Positions 59,878 to 64,000 of a stretch of DNA of 64,000 nucleotides are shown piece by piece (within the stretch, counting starts at the first letter, position 1; each line of letters opens with the position of its first letter). The translations under genes and the position numbers were made by a program. The notes under the pieces are model-generated. The model did no database searches and was not told where the DNA came from. It saw nothing but the letters and a program-made list of their open reading frames with translations. The stretch comes from Candidatus Aminicenantes bacterium JdFR-78 (GTDB lineage: Bacteria; Acidobacteriota; Aminicenantia; JdFR-78), in assembly GCA_002010665.1 (NCBI GenBank), contig MTON01000027.1, positions 22,780-86,779 of the forward strand, in the 5' to 3' direction.

Positions 59878-60300
59878 ATCCCTTTGCACTAAAAAATTTA
59901 TTTATCAAATATCATAAAGTCAATTAATTTTATTCGTAAATTTTCCGATTTGATATCTTGCTCTATATTCGGAAGGAGTGACACCTTCCATTTCTTTAAA
60001 ATCTTTATAGAAATTCTGAACGAATTTATATCCAACTCTATATGAAATCTCTTTTATACTCAATGAATCACCTTCTAAAAGCTTCTTTGCTTTTTCAATT
60101 TTCCTTCGCTTTAAATAAGCTTTAAAAGTCATTCCAATTTCTTTTTTAAAAAGCTCGCATAAACGAGAACGACCAAGACAACAGTATTTTGTAATAGTTT
60201 TTAGACTTATCTTTTTATCTAAATTCTTTTCTATAAACTTAAGAGCTTTTTTGACTCTTAAATCCATTTTTCATAAAATTTAGGACTAAAAAGAGGAAAA
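59878..60300. repeat. About 420-bp segmental repeat (copy 2) carrying the AraC gene and its flanks
   Basis: Near-identical at nucleotide level to 62484-62950, including the 'CCCTTTGCACTAAAAAATTTATTTATCAAA' 3' flank and 'ACTAAAAAGAGG..AAACTT' 5' flank. Confidence 0.7.
59920..60267 (-). CDS. MarA/SoxS-sized AraC-family HTH regulator (copy 2)
   Basis: 115 aa consisting only of the dual-HTH AraC DNA-binding domain. Nearly identical to 62532-62897. Confidence 0.75.
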   Translation of the reverse strand: MDLRVKKALKFIEKNLDKKISLKTITKYCCLGRSRLCELFKKEIGMTFKAYLKRRKIEKAKKLLEGDSLSIKEISYRVGYKFVQNFYKDFKEMEGVTPSEYRARYQIGKFTNKIN

Positions 60301-60321
60301 ACTTAAACTAATTATTATAAA

Positions 60322-61446
60322 TTAATCTTTAATTTTTAAAGAATATACTGCAAAACTTGGAGTTACTTCATCAATGCAAAATGTATAAATATTATTATTT
60401 TCATCAATATCCATTATCGTTTCTGGGCCAAATTTTATATCCTTCTTTATTAAAGTCCCATCTAAAGAAAAAATGTCCAGATAATTTCTCGTCTTTTTAA
60501 TTCCCTTTTCTCTATAAGTCTCGGATAATTGAACTACTACATGGTTTTCTTTTGTAAAATGAACTCCTGCAATTACAATTAATTTTTCAATAGAATCCAT
60601 GATTCTCTGAATTTCTGCAACACTTTTAATTTTTTTTACGCTTAATTCGACTAGTTTTTTAGGAAATTTATAACCTGGGATTTTTCTTCCAAATTTTCTT
60701 ATCACTTGTCCATTTGTATTCAGAATATAAATTATATAAGGATTCGAGGGTTCAAAATGTGCAAATGCAATTAGATTATTTTTAACATCTATACTCCCCA
60801 TATAAGGCGTATGCAAACTATCCTTTCTTGGTTTTGGCCTATCCGGGAGAACTTCCTCAAAAAATGATTTAATGTATTTTCCAGTTCTATCATAAACATG
60901 AATATGATATTTTGACATAAGTTGTGGAGGGAAATAATAAATTACAATATTTCCATTTATGTCAAAATCCATACTTCGAGGATATTTCCAAGGCATGAGT
61001 TTTATAGATTTAATAAAATTCAAAGAATTATCAAAAATGCTTATTCTTCTGTTTCTAATTTCAGCTACCCAGATATTTCCTTTCTCATCAATTGCAAAAT
61101 GAGAAGGAGAATCAAGCTCTCCAGGTCCTTGTCCTTTTCCTCCTGCTTCTTTTATAAATTTTCCATCCTTTGAGAATTTCTTAATTGTATGTCCTTTAAA
61201 ATCAAGAACAAAGATATTACCATCTCTATCAGCTTTAATATCAGTTATCAGGAAAAAAAGCTCTTCTTTCTTTTCTTCACTTCCGATTTTGAATTTTTTT
61301 TCAATAATTACTTCTTTACCTAAAATTCCATTTGTTATAATAATTAAGCTTAGAAAAACCACAAAGATCTTCCTCATTCTTTCTCTCATTTTTTCATCCC
61401 CTGTTTGATATTTATCTATAATTACTATTGAGCTATCTCTATGCAT
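60322..61446 (-). CDS. Secreted NHL-type beta-propeller protein (paralog family A, copy 3)
   Basis: NHL blade 'GGKGQGPGELDSPSHFAIDEKGNIWVAE'. Probable true start at the internal 'MRERMRKIFVVFLSLIIITNG' signal peptide (about 61389). Confidence 0.6.
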   Translation of the reverse strand: MHRDSSIVIIDKYQTGDEKMRERMRKIFVVFLSLIIITNGILGKEVIIEKKFKIGSEEKKEELFFLITDIKADRDGNIFVLDFKGHTIKKFSKDGKFIKEAGGKGQGPGELDSPSHFAIDEKGNIWVAEIRNRRISIFDNSLNFIKSIKLMPWKYPRSMDFDINGNIVIYYFPPQLMSKYHIHVYDRTGKYIKSFFEEVLPDRPKPRKDSLHTPYMGSIDVKNNLIAFAHFEPSNPYIIYILNTNGQVIRKFGRKIPGYKFPKKLVELSVKKIKSVAEIQRIMDSIEKLIVIAGVHFTKENHVVVQLSETYREKGIKKTRNYLDIFSLDGTLIKKDIKFGPETIMDIDENNNIYTFCIDEVTPSFAVYSLKIKD

Positions 61447-61646
61447 TTTTCGTAAGAAATTCTACATCCTGTTGTGCATTCATGAAATAAACCAAAAGGA
61501 ATATAGGCAACACACATTAAAACGCAAGCCTCATATAAATCCTCGCATTCTTCTTCTGTTATTGCTAAAACCGGTTTTTGTTTAGTAAGAAATAAGTTTA
61601 AAATTAAAATGAAGGAAATAATAATAATCAATAATTTTTTTACCAT
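61425..61646 (-). CDS. Small secreted Cys-rich peptide precursor (73-aa class, copy b)
   Basis: Signal peptide with 'PVLA|IT' cleavage-like site. Mature about 45 aa with C-x6-C-x3-C ... C-x3-C-x6-C spacing. Confidence 0.5.
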   Translation of the reverse strand: MVKKLLIIIISFILILNLFLTKQKPVLAITEEECEDLYEACVLMCVAYIPFGLFHECTTGCRISYEKCIEIAQ

Positions 61647-61686
61647 CTCTTACCTCCTGCTTTATTCTAATTTATTAATTAAGCGG

Positions 61687-61908
61687 TTACTCCTCAGCCA
61701 TACTCATGCAAAGTTCAAAGAAAATTCTACATCCTTCTTGACATCCATAATTCGAACCACAACTTTCTTGACATGCAGAAAAAATTTCAAGGCAATCTTT
61801 TTCTGTTACTTTTGCAATCATTGATTTTTGAAAAATAGTTAAGAAACCAAAAACAAGGAACATTAAAAGAGCACTCGTTAATAAGAATACTTGAATTTTT
61901 TTAGACAT
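61687..61908 (-). CDS. Small secreted Cys-rich peptide precursor (73-aa class, copy a)
   Basis: Signal peptide 'SMIA|KV'. Same mirrored six-Cys spacing (CLEIFSAC QESC ... CQEGC RIFFELC). Confidence 0.5.
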   Translation of the reverse strand: MSKKIQVFLLTSALLMFLVFGFLTIFQKSMIAKVTEKDCLEIFSACQESCGSNYGCQEGCRIFFELCMSMAEE

Positions 61909-61930
61909 CCTTACCCCCTGAATTTTATTT

Positions 61931-62497
61931 TTAAAAAATTAATTCTCTTAATTCATAATAATCACTCCCATCTAATTCACCTGTTTTTATCCATTCAACT
62001 TTGCCTTTCCCATTAATTAAAATAGTCTGAGAAAATTTCGAAATTCTGTAATCTCGAATAAATTTTTCTCTATTTTTAGGAGTATAAACTGGAATGTCCA
62101 CTTTTAAATATGATTTTAAATTTCGTGCATCTTTCAGTTCCCTTAAACTGATTAATAGTACCCTTGCCTTATCTTTAAGTTGGTAACTTAACCTTCTCCA
62201 AAATATTAAATTTTTATCACAAGGAATACATGAATTTGTTTGAATGAAAAGCAATGTTTTCTTATTATTATTGAAATCAATAAATTCTATTTTGCCATCT
62301 AAATTAACTGCTTCTATAGGAGGTGCATAATCGTCTGGGATTAGATGAGGAATTTCTTTTCTTAATGCTATTATATGAGCTTTAAGCCTTCTATTTTGAA
62401 TTATTAATATCACTATTTCTAGTAAAATCAACAAAATTAATATTCCTATTAAAAAATTAACTAATTTTTTATATTTCATTGTATTATCCCTTTGCAC
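61931..62497 (-). CDS. Membrane-anchored TlpA/ResA-like thiol:disulfide oxidoreductase (thioredoxin fold, CxxC)
   Basis: N-terminal TM, 'APPIEAVNLDGK' start of the thioredoxin domain, active site 'SCIPCDKN'. Likely start is the ATG at 62479 (SD 'AAAGGGA') rather than the GTG at 62497. Confidence 0.7.
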   Translation of the reverse strand: MQRDNTMKYKKLVNFLIGILILLILLEIVILIIQNRRLKAHIIALRKEIPHLIPDDYAPPIEAVNLDGKIEFIDFNNNKKTLLFIQTNSCIPCDKNLIFWRRLSYQLKDKARVLLISLRELKDARNLKSYLKVDIPVYTPKNREKFIRDYRISKFSQTILINGKGKVEWIKTGELDGSDYYELRELIF

Positions 62498-62950
62498 TAA
62501 AAAATTTATTTATCAAAAATCCTAAAGTCAACTAATTTTTATTCGTAAAATTTCCGATTTTGTTAGTAAATTTTCCGATTTGATATCTTGCTCTGTATTT
62601 GGAAGGAGTGACACCTTCCATTTCTTTAAAATCTTTATAGAAATTCTGAACGAATTTATATCCAACTCTATATGAAATCTCTTTTATGCTCAGTGAATCG
62701 TCTTTTAAAAGCTTCTTTGCTTTTTCAATTTTCCTGCGCTTTAAATAAGCTTTAAAAGTCATTCCAATTTCTTTTTTAAAAAGCTCGCATAAACGAGAAC
62801 GACCAAGACAACAGTATTTTGCAATAATTTTTAGACTTATCTTTTTATCTAAATTCTTCTCTATGAACTTAAGAGCTTTTTTGACTCTTAAATCCATTTT
62901 TCATAAATTTCCCTTTCCATTAATTTAGTACTAAAAAGAGGGAGAAACTT
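62484..62950. repeat. About 470-bp segmental repeat (copy 1) carrying the AraC gene and its flanks
   Basis: See copy 2. Contains an internal 21-nt tandem duplication ('GTAAAATTTCCGATTTTGTTA'). Confidence 0.7.
62532..62897 (-). CDS. MarA/SoxS-sized AraC-family HTH regulator (copy 1)
   Basis: 121 aa AraC dual-HTH domain. C-terminus carries a 21-nt tandem duplication relative to copy 2 ('IGKFTNKIGNFTNKN' vs 'IGKFTNKIN'). Confidence 0.75.
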   Translation of the reverse strand: MDLRVKKALKFIEKNLDKKISLKIIAKYCCLGRSRLCELFKKEIGMTFKAYLKRRKIEKAKKLLKDDSLSIKEISYRVGYKFVQNFYKDFKEMEGVTPSKYRARYQIGKFTNKIGNFTNKN

Positions 62951-63390
62951 GAAAATTTTTGAAATTTTTATAAGTTAAGTAAAGCCAATAAGTTAAATAG
63001 ATAGTTTTCTATCCACGAATCAAAAGATTTTTTTTATATTTTGAGGAAATCATAAAAAAATTCGATAAAAAAAATGACAAATTTCTCATTAATATGAAAA
63101 GATGTTTAAATAGTAGAAAGATGCTTTCTTTAAGTTAAACTGTTCGGAATAACAATTTGTCCAAAAATTTTGTGAAAGAAAAGATAGACAGGCTACTTTT
63201 TATTACCTCTCTTTTTAGTCTCTCCTCTATTTTTATCATTTCGAATCAGATTCTATATGAATTTTTATAATTATGACGATCGGTAAAGTAACCTATTCTT
63301 TTTTATTTACCATCTCATTCCTTTCTAATTTAAACTTGTTTCCCCCTACCGATTTCTTTTTACCCAGAATATTATATCTTAGGAATCAAA

Positions 63391-63696
63391 TTAACGACAG
63401 CAAGTTCTGCGATATTCGTCACAATACCAATAAAACCATTCCCAAGGCCCTGTACATTCTATTAACCATTCAGAACGACAAATGCAATAACCATCACACC
63501 AGGCTTCCTCTAATGTGTAGTTTTTACAATTTCTTTTTCCTCCACAATCTTCAACACAATGTTCACGAGCAAGACTTTTACATAATATTGTGGGTGTGCA
63601 AGATTTTGGTTCATCTGCAAATAGATATTTAATCAAAATTAAATCAAAACATAAAATTAAACCTAAAATAATTAAAAGAAGAAGATTTTTCTTCAT
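63391..63696 (-). CDS. Small Cys-rich protein with N-terminal signal/anchor (101-aa class)
   Basis: Hydrophobic N-terminus then 12-13 Cys in about 70 aa. ATG overlaps the TGA of the upstream beta-propeller gene (ATGA). Confidence 0.5.
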   Translation of the reverse strand: MKKNLLLLIILGLILCFDLILIKYLFADEPKSCTPTILCKSLAREHCVEDCGGKRNCKNYTLEEAWCDGYCICRSEWLIECTGPWEWFYWYCDEYRRTCCR

Positions 63697-64000
63697 TTTT
63701 GACTCCTTAAATTAAATTTTTTAAAAATCTTATTTTGGTCAACTTGTTGCTTTTTCTTTTTATAGATTATTATTTTTGTATTACTTAAAACTGCGTAGAT
63801 ATTTTTAATGTTATTAATACAATAAATTCCATCAGTAGTATTAGGAACTTCTATACAAGAAACAAAACTTCCATTTTTTCTAAATATATATATTTCTTCT
63901 TTTTTGATAGAACTATTAAAATAAAAAAGATATAAATTTTCGTTATTATCCGATAAAAATTCATGAAATGCTACCCTATATCTCCCTTTGGATAATGATT
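63693..64000 (-). CDS. C-terminal part of a fourth NHL beta-propeller paralog (5' end beyond window)
   Basis: Open frame from the window edge to TGA at 63693-63695. '...YIFRKNGSFVSCIEVPNTTDGIYCINNIKNIYAVLSNTKIIIYKKK' resembles the C-termini of the other paralogs. Confidence 0.4.
   Translation of the reverse strand, partial: SLSKGRYRVAFHEFLSDNNENLYLFYFNSSIKKEEIYIFRKNGSFVSCIEVPNTTDGIYCINNIKNIYAVLSNTKIIIYKKKKQQVDQNKIFKKFNLRSQK

Noticed and set aside
63273-63632. 119-aa plus-strand ORF overlapping the 101-aa Cys-rich gene
   Set aside because: It is antisense to a gene that has an ATGA-coupled start. It has no SD and a hydrophobic low-complexity product, so it is more likely spurious
1-64000. 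CRISPR arrays, tRNA/rRNA genes, IS elements, integrases, phage genes
   Set aside because: No regularly spaced direct repeats and no tRNA-like GGTTCGAATCC-type T-arm sequence were seen. No transposase, integrase or phage structural protein signatures appear in any frame. The only mobile-looking element is the hicBA pair

Overview
This is a 64 kb, visibly AT-rich bacterial window with dense, mostly co-directional gene clusters. Lineage is uncertain; the organism is probably diderm, since it encodes a PilQ secretin, an MsbA-like exporter and an outer-membrane beta-barrel candidate. I found no rRNA, tRNA, CRISPR array, transposase or integrase.

Features, in order:
- 1-6.5 kb: a surface-glycan cluster with GT2 and GT4 glycosyltransferases, an epimerase and a radical-SAM/SPASM enzyme, plus a DAACS symporter.
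- 6.5-15 kb: housekeeping genes (MsbA-like ABC exporter, YicC, gmk, coaBC, UDG4). This block also holds an Asd-like protein lacking its catalytic Cys and a PriA homolog whose helicase ATPase motifs are degenerate.
- 15-24.7 kb, minus strand: a type IV pilus assembly operon, pilMNOPQ, bracketed by a PilZ protein and a REC-HD-GYP response regulator, with coaD and a YdjM-like hydrolase in between.
- 24.7-30 kb: an ABC-class ATPase, an M16 peptidase pair and an RCK K+-channel-like protein with an atypical TVGFRE filter.
- 30.3-35.4 kb: dnaK-dnaJ-hspR, a sigma factor and a DnaC-like ATPase, behind a consensus sigma70 promoter.
- 35.4-56.1 kb: mixed metabolism and proteolysis genes (split ComDE-like TPP decarboxylase, gpmI, a second M16 pair, an S9 peptidase, a tricorn-like protease), a hicBA toxin-antitoxin pair, cca and galE.
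- 56.4-64.0 kb, all minus strand: an accessory block that looks previously undescribed. It is a tandemly repeated cassette of MarA-sized AraC regulators, a membrane TlpA-like thiol:disulfide oxidoreductase (CxxC), small secreted or anchored cysteine-rich proteins, and paralogous NHL-type beta-propeller proteins. The 73-aa cysteine-rich proteins show a mirrored CX6CX3C...CX3CX6C pattern. Two beta-propeller/cysteine-rich-peptide junctions and one TlpA/beta-propeller junction overlap as ATGA. The second cassette copy is decaying: the beta-propeller and the TlpA are frameshifted, and a roughly 420 bp near-identical repeat carries the AraC genes.
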